Below the pieces are notes generated by a model, which did not search any database, was not told the DNA's origin, and saw only the letters and a program-made list of their open reading frames with translations. Made by a program: the position numbers and the translations under genes. This document shows positions 1 through 13,981 of a stretch of DNA of 64,000 nt, piece by piece. The DNA is from the human T2T-CHM13v2.0 reference genome, Homo sapiens, in NCBI RefSeq assembly GCF_009914755.1, contig NC_060927.1. One strand, written 5' to 3'. How positions within the stretch are numbered: position 1 is the first letter of the stretch; the number at the start of each line of letters is the position of its first letter.

Positions 1-139
1 CTACATTCTTTAAATACTGCATACTACAATTCCTTTCTAAGAGCCAGGACTCAGGACTCCTGATTCTTGGTCCAGAATTAGTTCCATTATAACCTACGGC
101 TTGTCATAGAATTCTAACATTTTCATTCCTATAAAATCA

Positions 140-375
140 CAGTTAAACATAATCCAAATCTTGTCCTCAGGAAACAAACATAAACTGAGGAATGTTCTTT
201 AAAACTATCGATGTCATAAAAGACAGAATGGCTGAGGAACTATGCCAGATTAAAGTCTCAAGAAATGTGACAACTAAATTCAACATATGCAGATAACTGT
301 TGAAGCTAACAGGATACGGTAATTCATTATTCTTTTATTATTTTCAAATTTGTCATAATAAAAATTTAAAAATAA
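140..375 (+). mobile_element. Old L1 (L1MC-type) 3' end fragment
   Basis: Resembles L1MC 3' UTR (ggctgaggaact...ccagattaaag...gtgacaactaaat). Confidence 0.55.
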
Positions 376-717
376 AGTCCATTGAGAAATCTTGCTGGAT
401 GTCAATCTTTTTCTTCCCTTCCATAGCCTATCCATAGCCTATCTCCTCTAGAAATAAGTCCCAATTTGACTTCACACGCATCTTTCTTTCAAACATTAGC
501 CTCCCTTCCAAACAATGTGCAATTTTTTTAGCCAGACTAAATTCATGCAGATTATAAATTACATGCATTAACGTTCTCTTTAAATACTAAACTCCCTGAG
601 GGAAAAGGTCTTATCTGGTAATTAACATAAATTTTGTAGTCTAAAAGGATTAAGTAACATCTTTCATCATTGGCTCTGAGCTCCGCCTCTTTTTGGCACA
701 TGGGAAATGAAACTCAC

Positions 718-830
718 AATCCCATCGAGGCTGTTCCTTGTGAGGTTTACAGAAGGCAAGCCTGTTTCCATTAAGGCTACCTTCATGTCTGACACGTTTA
801 GATACTGCAAGTGGTTTAGAATGTTCTTAG
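718..830 (-). other. Candidate exon, 113 nt (108 nt with alternative acceptor); coding status unknown
   Basis: Minus strand tttttttttt-aaatctttAG|ctaag...gggatt|GTGAGT; one open frame KNILNHLQYLNVSDMKVALMETGLPSVNLTRNSLDGI; non-repeat sequence. Confidence 0.55.
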
Positions 831-3829
831 CTAAAGATTTAAAAAAAAAAATCCACGAAACTTCCAACTAATAAAAAGAGCCATTAATTACTGGAAACCT
901 AGAATTACTAGAAGTCCTAGAGAGAATGGGATTGAAAGAATCACAATGCAAGAGCAACCCTCATCCCAATCCTACAAATAAATACATTTAGGATGATCCC
1001 AGCATTCCAATTAACTGATGTGAAGGTGAAACCATGAAGTGTTGAAATCTAAAGTATTAATAAGCAACGTTTTATTCTATTAATTAAAAGTACATTAATC
1101 AATAATTTCTACAATGTTGATTAATTCACCAAAATGCTGCTTCTGAGCATTACTGTCAAATTTACTTATTACTTAAGACTGTGTTTACTAAATGGAATAC
1201 ATTGTTAGGTACTATAGAGTACCTAACAATTAAAATATTCCCTCCTCCTCTAATACATAACTTATATAAGACAGATAAAAAAAAAAAAAACACTGTAAGC
1301 CTGTGTCAAAGCATCTAGGAATTCAGTTAAGAATGTCACGCCTGATTGGGGTCATAGAAGAGGTGATGTAATAGAACTAAGAGAAGAGCATCAAGAAGTT
1401 CAGCATGTACCCTGAAAATTGCAAAGTAATGACCGAAATCCCTTAACATTATCATGAGATCTGCCTCTAACACAGATGTCAAATTTTACTCTATACCTCT
1501 TGTGCACTTGAAGAAAGATATCTGACCTAAAATACTGCAAGTCCACCAACAACTGAAGCCACATTGTTGGAAATTCAGTTTTACTGGGCTAGCTTTCATA
1601 ATGTTATTAAAGTCGAGTGTGAGGAAAAGCAGAGTTCTTGGATCAATGGCTTCTAGCAGATAGGGCTAAATAAGGCAGTTGCAAAGAGCAACAGGTTCTT
1701 TAAACAGTGGAGATAGCTGCAAATCAAAGCACAGAAGATCACATAAGTGCAGAAAAGACTCATGATTAAATATTAGTCGTTTCAGGCTCATCCACAAATA
1801 CCAAACAATGAGCATCAACAGTATCTTTATCTTCCAACTCCAACAGTGTTTTAATAATGTGGCTTATTACAGTTGAATGTGGAGGTACTTTTTAGCACAA
1901 TGAATCCCTCTCTAAATTCAAGTAATAGAACTGTTAAACATTATGAAAAAAGTCAGCCACAGAAAACCAAACATCATGAGCAATATTCTCCCCACATTTT
2001 GTCTTGTGTCGCACACATGTGTCTTGTATCTTTTAATTGAGAGGAGGGGAAATAGAAGTCTTTTGCTAACTCCTATAAGAAATCTGCAGAGAAACCTGTG
2101 AACAGCAGCAATCTTTAAGTGGTCCATTCAAAAACAGACAAAAAGAAAATCTTGATTAGTATATTGTAATAATTTTTTTAAAAATGTACAGTAACTTCAA
2201 GAGAGAACTCATATCATACTAAAAACAGTATTTACCTTCCTAATCATAAAGTACATACATTAACAAAAGTTTAAAATTCAAGCCTTAAAAAGTTATAACA
2301 TCTTCATATTAATTGATTTACATCACTCATTGAGCATACCTACACCAACATCACTGATAAGAAGCTTTCATTTGGAGCCAATTATTTCCAACCAAAGAGA
2401 TTCAGACTATGCTCAAATCTTTAACAGAGAAAACCCCTACAATTGGGCAAACAAGATAAATATTTTAAACATGGAAGAGGCTAAGCTCAAAAAGGTTTTC
2501 CTATTTAAAAGATTATTCCAAAAATCTCACTTCAAAGAAAAAAGATACCTAATTTTCTCATGCTTCCAATTCTGCTTTGATTAATATTTTACTTTGAAGT
2601 TTCAGAGCATTATAGCTAAAAGATTCTCAAAATATTCTGACTGAAAACCAGGTGACTGAATTCATTCATTTGCCTCAATCAGATTATATAATCAGATTTT
2701 TCCAAACCTTAAAACATATGATTCAAACATACCCATCAAAAAGTACAAATACGCACTAGTACATTTTCTCCTGAGTACATTTTGAACAATCTACTCTTCA
2801 AGTGGATCATTTACAAAACAAGAACATAATTCCCTGAATCAGTAAATTTTATTTTCATGAAAGGATGACAAAGAAATTCCATTTACACTATCACGATTTA
2901 CATTTTCCTACAATTCATGCAGCTTTCTTCAATTCACAATCTACAAACCACAACAATGCACAAATTTGATGTTAGAGGATACTTTAATGTTTAGTTCTCA
3001 TCTCAACAGTCACTGTTGCTAGTGTCTCTCATTCTCACTCTTCACTGTTACTTAAAGAACAAAGAACTAAAGAAGCCAGAAAGAACTAGATCAAGCGATG
3101 AGACCAATTTTCAGGGTAAGGCATAATAACATTAGCTAATCAAAAACTGGAGTATTTCTATCATTTAATCCTGCAAGACAATAACCTCCTGTTTTCCCTC
3201 ACTTTCCTTCCAATAACTTGACAGAAGTCTGGGGAAGGATGGATCCCAAGCAGAAAACCTTCACAAATGTGAAAGAAAATGGAAATCCTAGCATAGTCAC
3301 ATGACTAACTAGAAATCCCAGAACTCTGTCAACAACCTTTGTTTTCAATGCAGAAATCATTTCTGTACTTTTAATGACCCATCATTCAACCTCACTTGAG
3401 CTCCTCCAATAATTGGCACTACTTTACCAAGTTATTAGACAGTTCTATTAGTAATTATTTGAAAAATCATTCTTCTCTATGATTCAAATATGTCTAACTA
3501 TTAACTATTTCTTACGTGCTATAGGGCTAAATAAACAAACTCCTCAGCTTTAAATGAAAATCTTCAGCTACTGGAAGGCCTTTCTCCCATTCTCTCATTC
3601 TCATTTAAAAAATGTGTGACCTATCAATTTCAAAAACCTATTCCAGTTTCTCCTTAAAGACTCCTAAAAGGGAACACAGCGCTTAACTCACGGCATCTTT
3701 TTCTTCAATACTTAATAAGTTTATTCTCTTAATTGACAATGCAATGAGAATAGTAAAACTCAAAATCTCAACTGCTAGTAAGATCTAGAAAGTCTAGATA
3801 AAAATTCATAAAAATCTGTCACTGTAACT

Positions 3830-4490
3830 GAGGCTGACAAATGGTGTTACGACAACTGAACAGCTAAATGCAAAAGAAATGAATTTAGAACCCTACTTCA
3901 CACCATATAAAAAATTATCACAAACTGGGTTATAGAACTAAGAGCTAAAACTCTGAAACACTTAGAAGAAAACATACAGGTCAATCTTTATGACCTTGGA
4001 TTAGGCAATGGTTTCATAGATATGCCACCAAGAGTACAAGAAACAAAAGAAAAAAACAATAAACTGAGATCATAGAAATGTAAAACATTTTCATTTCAAA
4101 AGACAACATCAAGAAAGTGAAAACCCACAGAACAGGACAAAAGTTGTGTAAATCATATCACAGATATGAATCATAACATTTGCATCCAGAATATATGAAA
4201 TACTACAACTCAATAAAAGACAAGCCAATTTTGAAATCTGAACAGATACCCCAAAGAGTAAAATACAAACGGCCAATAAGCATATGAAAATACGCTCAAC
4301 ATCACCAGCTATCAGGAGAAATGCAGAACAAAATCACAATGAGGTGCCATTAGGATGGCAATCAACAAAAAAACAGTGATAAGGGTTGACAAGGATATGA
4401 GAAAGATGAGAAACTGAAACCCTCATTCACTGCTGGTGGAAATGCAAAATGCTGCAGTCCTTTGGAAAACAGTCTGGCCGTTCCTCAATT
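3830..4490 (+). mobile_element. L1M ORF2 3' region, degraded
   Basis: Typical L1 motifs (aaacacttagaagaaaacata, ggattaggcaatggtttc, ggccaataagcatatgaaaa). Confidence 0.8.
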
Positions 4491-4919
4491 ATTAGCATTT
4501 AATTAGAAATAATGAATTAACAGGATTTTAAAAAACATTTAGTATAAAACTGACAAGTGCCTTTTTTATTTCACAAGAATGAAAAATATACATCAGGACA
4601 TGTTTCATATATGAATATATATATAACCAACGACTACAATAACTCATTTTTAAATTCTAGGAGGCAATAAAACAGCCAGTATACTTGACGTGCCATGGAG
4701 AAGTGCTGGCAATTTTCTTTATGATTCACTAAGACAATTAAAATAGCTCATTTATTTATTCAATTTCCAAGTTTTCAAATTTCCAAGTAAAAAAATTACC
4801 CTCCAAACTGACAAAGATTTTATATTTCAAATAGTAAGCTAAGGAATGACTTTTAATCAAATTATGGAATGGGCTATTAATCATTATTAGCCAATACAGT
4901 TGATACAGATACCACATTT

Positions 4920-5010
4920 CTTTTGTTTTTAATTTTTTGGAGTACACAGTAGGTGTATATATTTATGAAGTACACAAGACATTTTGATACAGGCATGCAG
5001 TGCGTAATAA
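4920..5010 (-). mobile_element. L1MA-type 3' terminal fragment with A tail (L1 half of U6-L1 chimera)
   Basis: gtacacagtaggtgtatatatttatg...ttttgatacaggcatgca matches the antisense L1MA2/3-like 3' end; T-rich tail 4921-4938. Confidence 0.85.
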
Positions 5011-5113
5011 AAAATATGAAACACTTTGTAAAACTGTGTGTCATCCTTGTGCAGGGGACATGCTAATCTTTGTATCATTCCAATTTTAACATATGTGCTG
5101 CCAAAGTGAGCAT
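5011..5113 (-). pseudogene. Full-length U6 snRNA retropseudogene (RNU6-like)
   Basis: Reverse complement aligns end to end with U6 (TGCTCACTTTGGCAGCACATATG...ATTAGCATGTCCCCTGCACAAGGATGACAC...CATATTTT); ACAGAGA box has lost 3 nt; TSD cagataccacattt (4906-4919) / cagttaccgcattt (5114-5127). Confidence 0.96.
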
Positions 5114-5149
5114 CAGTTACCGCATTTTTAAAAAGGTAGTCATTAAGTA

Positions 5150-5310
5150 GAAGTGGCTCTGTCAAAATAAGACCTGTTAAAGCACAGGGTGCTGAATCCC
5201 ACACCACTTTCTGACTCAACGGCTAGATATGGGATTCAGCCAAGAATCTGCATTTCCAACAAGTTAGCAGGAGATGTTGATGCTGCCAAGGATCACACTT
5301 TGAGAACTAC
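5150..5310. mobile_element. MER5-type hAT-Charlie fossil
   Basis: aagaatctgcatttccaacaag...gatgctg...cacactttgagaac. Confidence 0.7.
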
Positions 5311-6927
5311 AATACTATGCTGAATCATCTAACACAACAATATTCTTTTTAAGACCAAAAAATGGTAATATTAATAATCCAATCATTTGTTAAACATCGG
5401 TTATGTAATAAAATTAAGATACATCAGAGAAGCTTTAAATCATCAGGACTTTCCCAGTGTTGTTTGCTCCAATTAGTACATCTTCTACTAATATGTCCAT
5501 AAGATGCCTTTCAAGTCCTACATCCATGAAGCCTTCTGATTCCTCCAGCTAGAAATAACTGCTTATTCCTTTGAACCTAAGTCATCACTTGTAACACCCA
5601 TAAAATACTGCCAACTTGTATTACTTGTTCAGCTATTCACATTCAAGACTTTCTCACCTACTAAACTAAGTTCCATGGTAGCCTACTAACAAGCATTTTC
5701 ATATCCCTCAGAATTCTTGGCACTGGCTCTCCATAAATATTCAATAAATATGTCTTTAGCAAATAATTAAAATCAATATATCCTTGATTTCATCCCCCAT
5801 TTTCAGCCAAAAAAAAAAAGGGCACAAGTCAAGCTTTTACAGAGAAATGCCCAAATCAAATCCTTTTCAAGTGACTGTACATAATGTACGGTTGTAATAT
5901 TTAACCATCTAAGTTTAGGCTTAAGGAATAAGAGCATTAGAATGGCAGTTTTAGCAAAACCCAGTTTCAGCAAAAACAACATTCAGTTGGTGAACTAACC
6001 TACAGTTCTCTTCTCATAAAATGCGTTCAACAATACAAAAGTTTGATTGTTTTAAAGAGTAATCTGCCACAGATTATAATCAATGTGGAACCTGCTGCCC
6101 AAGTATAATTCTTTCCATAATGTATTATTACATTAAAAAACCCTTTGTGTTATTCTATGTATCTCAACATACTGCCACCTGACCTACATACAGAAGCTCA
6201 ACTTGTATATCTAGTTCCCAAGTCCCTTGAGTCATTTCTTTTATGGTATCTCTAACATCATATAAAACAGCACAGAATTGCAACATCTTAAAAGTGTTTA
6301 AAATTATCTGTAATTCTCAGTATCATTAAAAATTCTTCTACGATATAACTCCTTCTACTATCCTTTCATCTGTCTGCCCTTTATAGAGTGTGAAGAAAAA
6401 AAGAACACAGGGGACCTAATGTTATTTATCTCCAAAACCTAAAAACACAGTATCTGGTATAGCAGGTGCTCAAGAAACACTTTGGATTGCAATCATTGTT
6501 GTTACTTGCTATCTTGTATACTATTCTTCACACAGCTCATTAGACTACTAGTATCAACATCTGGCAATTTAGGGAAGACCTGAGATCTATAACAGCTGCA
6601 GATCAAGTCCTAAGTACAAGAAAAGGGTATCAAACATGCAGTTCTATTTAATCTTCAATGGACCTGAAAGTTAGAAGAGACAAGGAAGAATTCACTGTCT
6701 GAAACACTATTGAGTCACTTTAAGGAGTTTGGGAGGTTTTTTGTTTAAACATATACCGGCAGTTCACATTTTGGATGGTAGTGTGGGAATGTAAAAATCA
6801 CCAAGATTTGAAACTGAACAAGGTGATCTTAATCAGTGTGAATTGTTCCATTACTTTAAAAACTTGGTCAAGATATTAAAAACATTTACTATCAGTTATC
6901 AACGTATAATCAAAACATTGTAAAACG

Positions 6928-7232
<305 letters not shown>

Positions 7233-7375
7233 TCATTCTTTTAGTACACTGTAATTTAAAACATTAGAACCGATGTGAACTGTTTTATTTCTTGGTAAAT
7301 GGCTTATTGAGAACTTTGAATAGCAACTTTTGTTCTCATATAACTTATGACACAGAGAGCAAGCATCTTTTCTGC

Positions 7376-7683
7376 TTTTTTGGAGACAGGGTCTTTCTCT
7401 GTCATCCAGGCTGGAGTGCAGTGGCACAAACACAGCTCCCTGCAGCCTGGATCTCCCAAGCTCACGCGATCATCTCACCTCAGTCCCCCAAGTAGCTAGG
7501 ACAACAGATGCATCCCACCACGCCTGGTTAATTTTTGTATTTTTAGTAGAGATGGGGTTTTGCCATGTTGCCCAGGCTGATTGAGAACTCCTGAGCTCAA
7601 GCAATCTGCCCCCGTCGTCCTCCGAAAGTGCTGGGATTACAGGCGTGAGCCACCATGCCCAGCCTGAGCCACCAAACTTGGCC
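7376..7683 (-). mobile_element. Alu (AluJ-like) with duplicated 5' end
   Basis: Antisense dimer; tgagccacc..cc occurs twice at its 5' end. Confidence 0.9.
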
Positions 7684-7712
7684 ACTTATGACACACAGCA
7701 AATATCTTTTCT

Positions 7713-8060
7713 ATTTCTTGGGGAAATTTCTTGGGGCATTTTCACACAACTCTCTAAAGCTTCTAACATTTTATCCTTGAATGTTGAATGTCATGAAATA
7801 TCTCTGATAGAGTTCCTTTATTGTGAAGTTTTTGGCCAGTGACACTTCCTATGAGGCCATCGTCTTTTTCATCACAGCCACTTTCCTCATTTATGTCCAT
7901 AAATTCACCTTCACTAAGTTTCTCCAGCTGCAGATTCTCGCAACACTCTCCCCATCAGCTATTTCTTCTATAACTCCACTTACACGTGATTCAAATTTCA
8001 TGTTCAGCACGGTCATTTTTAGAGGTGGTTTTTGCACTTTAATCTTTGATGACATTAAAG
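7713..8060. mobile_element. MER82-like Tigger fossil
   Basis: ccactttcctcatttatgtc...ttcactaagt...tcagctatttcttctataactcca. Confidence 0.65.
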
Positions 8061-8853
8061 TGTAATCTAAGGGCTATGGGATGCTCAAAAGACAGTAGGC
8101 CCACAGGAAAAAAACAAGTAATTGAGAAAAAAGGTAAATGGCCACAAAAAATTGTATTATACTTTTTTTAAAAATCCTTTATGGCAAGAACTATCATATG
8201 CAAAATCAAAAGCAGGACTAGATGAAGAAAACAATTACAACTCATATCTGAGACAATCAGCTTCCTTTACATGTAACGAGATCCAGAAGAAAATGATTCC
8301 CTACTCAAGGATACAGAATGTAAACAGCTTACAGAAAATAAAAATTTTAAAGCTTAAAACATTAAAAAGTGCTCAACCTCCTTGCAAGAGAAATGCAAAT
8401 TAAGATTTCACTGAGAACTTCTGATACGATTTGGATGAATCTCAGTAAAATAAATCTCTTATAATGCTGAGAAAAACAAGCCATAAACAAGAGCACACAC
8501 TGTATGTTTATATGAAACACAAGAATAATGAATAGATACTTTAAGTCAGGATAATGGTTACCTTTCCAGAGGCTGGGGATAGAGTAATGACTGGTATAGT
8601 GGTTACACAGGTTTGTCCAATTTGTGAACTTCACCATCTGTAGTCTGTACCTTTTAAAGTATTCTGCATATCATAATGAAAAGCATATCTTAAAAAAAAG
8701 GTACAAGATACCGTTCTTTATCCACCAGTTTGGCAAAGATAAGAAGTTTTATAACACTCTATAGTGTTATAACACACACTGGTGGTAGAAGTATCAATAA
8801 CTACAACCTCCATGAAGACAACCTGGCAGTGAAATTTAAAAATGCACATATCC

Positions 8854-9228
<375 letters not shown>

Positions 9229-9871
9229 TTATTCATCAAAACGTTTGCACACATGCAAAATAACTTATATACAATGTTATTCATTGCTGCATTATAAAAA
9301 GAAACAACCAATTCTCCATCAACAGGGGCCTGGTAAAATTATAATAAAGTATTATTCAGTCAAAAACAACAACAACAACAAAAACAAAACAAGAAACTCT
9401 TCAGATATCGATTTGGGAATGATCACCAGGAAAGACAGTTAGGCAATAAAAGCAGTGCATATAATATTCTACAACGTTTTTGGGAAATACATTGGGAGAC
9501 AGCATATTACGTACTTTTCTGTATATAGTAACATCATCTCTGGAAGGACACATAAAAAACTAATAATACCCGTCACTCCAGAGAGGTGAACCAAGTGGCT
9601 AGGGGACAGATGTGGAAAGGTTTTTTGCTGTATACACTTTTGTACTTTTTAAATTTTGAACCATATAAAATGCTCAAGTGTTCAAAACAAGTTAACAAGT
9701 TAAAAAAATAATTACCTGAAAGGGAGGCAAAAACAGACCTGTAAAGAGATTATCAAAGCCCAGACTAAAACAATTGTTAACTCCTCAGAAAAGGTCCATC
9801 TAGAAATGTTTTGAAAGAAAAGGCCACCATATTTGGGGTTTAGAGGTACTGTGAAATTGGTTAAATTACTG

Positions 9872-10000
9872 AGCCGGACACAGAGGCTTGCACCTATAGT
9901 CCCAGCTGCTTGGGAGGCTGAGGTTAAGAGGATTGTTTGAGACAAGGGAGTTAGAGACCAGTCTGGGCAACATAGCAAGACCCTGTCTCTAAAATAAAAA
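9872..10000 (+). mobile_element. Alu monomer (FLAM-like)
   Basis: Left monomer only, with A tail. Confidence 0.75.
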
Positions 10001-10036
10001 ATTTTAAAACGTACTGAGGCTTATCACGCAGTCAGT

Positions 10037-10187
10037 AGCACAATGGCAACAGAAACTAGGTTTCAGAGAATATATTGAGAACTTCTTCAGCAAATCGGGA
10101 ATCCATGTCAAGCACAATGGCAACAGAAACTAGGTTTCAGAGAATATATTGAGAACTTCTTCAGCAAATCGGGAATCCATGTCAAGC
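10037..10187. repeat. Perfect 74-bp tandem duplication
   Basis: agcacaatggc...atccatgtca at 10037-10110 and 10111-10184, followed by agc. Confidence 0.97.
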
Positions 10188-10473
10188 GTAGGAGACACTT
10201 CAAAGAGAACATACTGAATGCCTAACTCTTCATTCAAAGACACATAGCAACACACACAAAAAAAGTCAAAAGCTATTTGCCTAATCATAAAGACCCTTAA
10301 GAGAGAGTCCAGGAAAAATAAAGAAATAGCAAGATGGGAAAGAGAATCACACTCACTTTTACACCCATTCCTTAACACTCACTGCCTCCTGAGCTCAATA
10401 CTGCATAAAGTGCCTGGTCTTCCAAAGATACTTATTCCCACACCTAAAAGTTGAGAAAACAAAAAAAAACTAA

Positions 10474-10794
<321 letters not shown>

Positions 10795-10838
10795 TGAATA
10801 TCCTTTGTCAAATCTTAAAACACATTAACGAATTCATC

Positions 10839-10964
10839 ACATCTTCCAATAAAGACAAGATTCCTGCTCTACTGGCATTTACATTCTAGTGGAAGTTTAA
10901 AAAAAAAAAAAAAAGGAAACACAAAGCACTCTGATTGTTAACCCCAGAAGGCTGGAACTGTCCT
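10839..10964 (+). repeat. Local dispersed duplication, copy 1 (copy 2 at 14783-14910)
   Basis: 55/57 identity in the first block plus a second similar block. Confidence 0.9.
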
Positions 10965-11527
10965 GTGTACATTCCTGAAATAAGAGAGGTAATGGCATGG
11001 CACTGATACCTGGTCAAAGTACCAAACATACTGATTAATAATGTTGCTCTGAAACCATGAATCCCAAGAGCTATGGCCTGTCTGTACCGGCTTGTCAGCA
11101 TTGTTTACTGTTAACAGTGAGACTGATGGTTTGCACCTGGTTTTCGTGAGCCCCTTGAGGTTTCTGCCATTAAGGCTGGTTATGTAGCAAAAATATGCCT
11201 ATGTGGCCAGCAGGAATATAAGCCCCACTGAGATTCCACTATGGGATCCCTGGTTCCAAGGTGTTCTCTGCGCACATCAGTGATCCTGATCCAAGAAAGA
11301 AAGATATCCATATGGCCCTACAGAAGGGGGACAATTGAACCTCACACTTAGCTCCTTCAGGTCCACTGATGGGAGGCACCCTTTGCTTGTGATGTGCAAC
11401 CTAACTTGAAAGCACTTGCTTTAAGTATCGTTTTTCAGCAATAAACCACAGATTGATGAGCACTGTTACTTTGGATCATGTGACTTTTCTTTAGCAATCA
11501 AACCTTGTCCAACTGCCACTGTTAACA
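10936..11527 (+). mobile_element. Solo LTR, ERVL class (MER68/MER77-like group)
   Basis: TGTTAAC...GTTAACA termini, aataaa near 11440, degenerate 5-bp flanks ctgat/gagat. Confidence 0.6.
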
Positions 11528-11996
11528 GAGATGGGGGGAAAGAAAGGTTAACAGATTGTAATAACAGTGGTTAAAAAAATAAAACCGAATGATACGATAG
11601 TGGAAAGTCATAGAGACAAAATGGGATTAGAGAACATGGCCAGGAAAGGAGATGGGGAACATGAAATGAGGTACAAATGACAAGAATCCAACAAAGTGAC
11701 AACCAGGGATAGGCTCTAAGGAAAGAACAAGTTTGATTCCCACAAAAGTAAGGGTGGCTACAGAGTGGCAAGCAATAAACAAATGGCAGGAAATTAAATC
11801 AGAGGTAGGCAGGGGCAGATCACAGAGAGCCTTATGAATTCAGATTTCCACCCAATAGCTTTCTTACTGTTCTTGATGCCTGTAACTGCTCACACCGCCC
11901 TTCACCCTCACCTCAACAATACATATACTACCCTCCAGAATGAATGCTCTGAGATAAATACAATCATATAATTTCACTACTTAAAATAAATGAATC

Positions 11997-12336
<340 letters not shown>

Positions 12337-12610
12337 TTATCTGTATTTACCACCCCCTGACAATATGGCATAGTTTCAAGATATACATCCTGAGCTTTCA
12401 TTGCACATTGCATCAAAGTTCTGCTCACTTTTTACACCAGGTGTGTGCCCAATAAACACAATCTATACTAGGCATGATTAACAGTCATACATATCTTCTC
12501 TCTGGAGTTGGACTATAATAATACACTCATATGCAGACACACAGAAGTAACACTACATGTTATTCTACATAATAATATACGCATACATGCACAGAAGTAA
12601 CACTCTATGC

Positions 12611-12885
12611 ACTAGGTGTGGTGGCTCACACCTGTAATGCCAACACTTTGAGAGGCGGAGGCAGATGGATCATTTGAGGTCAGGAGTTCGAGACCAGCCT
12701 GGCCAACATGGTGAAACCCCATCTCTGCTAAAAATACAAAAATTAGCTGGGCATGGTGGCACACACCTGTAAGCCCAGCCACTCGGGAGGGTGAAACAGA
12801 GGTTGCAGTGAGCCAAGATCGCGCCACTGCACACCAACCTGGGCGAAAGAGTGAGACTCCTATCTCAAAAAAAAAAAAAAAAAAA
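12611..12885 (+). mobile_element. Alu (AluS), internal deletion in right arm
   Basis: Dimer; TSD aagtaacactc. Confidence 0.9.
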
Positions 12886-13934
12886 GTAACACTCCATGTT
12901 AACACTATATATTGGACGTCTGTTGTTTTTAGTCTTCCGCTTTTGCTTTAGAGAAACTACACAGCTTCTTCTGCACAGTCTTGGGGTTTTCAATCACAGT
13001 GCCCTTTTCTTCCCCGGGCAAAGGACTGGAACATAACTCCAGCTAGGCAAATCAGACAGTCTCCTAGATACGTGAATGTAAAGAGAGAGAAATTATACAG
13101 GAAAATAATTCAAACTGATTCTTAACCACTGCCAAGTCAGCCCACTGTGATGTCTACAACCTAGATTCTTTATTCCTGTTTTTGTTAATTCAATGAACTT
13201 CCCCATCTTTCCCGTTTTTTGCTTCAGATAACTAGACTGATTCTGTTGCTTGCAAACAAAAAACCTGGAGTCAAGGAACCAAGAGTATGAAAGAGGTCAC
13301 CACAAGTCACATAGCAACAAGCAGGAACCATAAATCAGAGGAAAGCCTGGTCTATTGGGAGCAGAGAGAAAGAGAGAAAACAGAATTATGGCAGAACACT
13401 AGACTTGGAAGCCTAGTACTGTTGCTACTAAGGGGAATACATGATAATTCAGTCCCTAAGAATGTGTTACATTCTATAACACATGCCAATTATCCATGAA
13501 GCCAGAAAGTGAAAACAATCAGTTATAGGCAAAACAGTACTACAATTTCCTGAAACACTTGGCTTTGCAGCTTTAAGATAATTCCGGTCTTTCCCCCTTA
13601 TGTTTCCTTAAAGAAATACCCCATTTAGCTGGTGGTAATTTAAGAGACTCTGTTCCTTAAAATTTTTAAATACGGAATACATCTGTAATTTCCCTACCCT
13701 GACTGCCTCCTCTAAGTTACAATACCTCTTACATACTCTACTAACATCCACCTCACCCTGTATGGCAGTTATATCTATACGTCTCTAGTAATAACATGTT
13801 GTCTCTCTAAAAGCAAGAATAAAGTTGAATCTCAGAGCCTACTTAATAAACTAACGGGTATACAGTAAAAATAATGATGGATAATAAAAGCCTTCCAATT
13901 ATTAAATATCTGTATCACTCCTGGCACTGCAAGG

Positions 13935-13935
<1 letters not shown>

Positions 13936-13981
<46 letters not shown>

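Noticed and set aside
421-443. Short direct repeats (ccatagcctat x2; also near 21337-21369 and 12540-12610)
   Set aside because: Ordinary slippage products
5011-5113. Functional U6 snRNA gene
   Set aside because: ACAGAGA box disrupted, many substitutions, L1 tail and TSD present, and the upstream flank is MER5 rather than a PSE/TATA promoter
10037-10187. CRISPR-like array
   Set aside because: Two adjacent identical units with no spacers, in eukaryotic DNA with no cas genes
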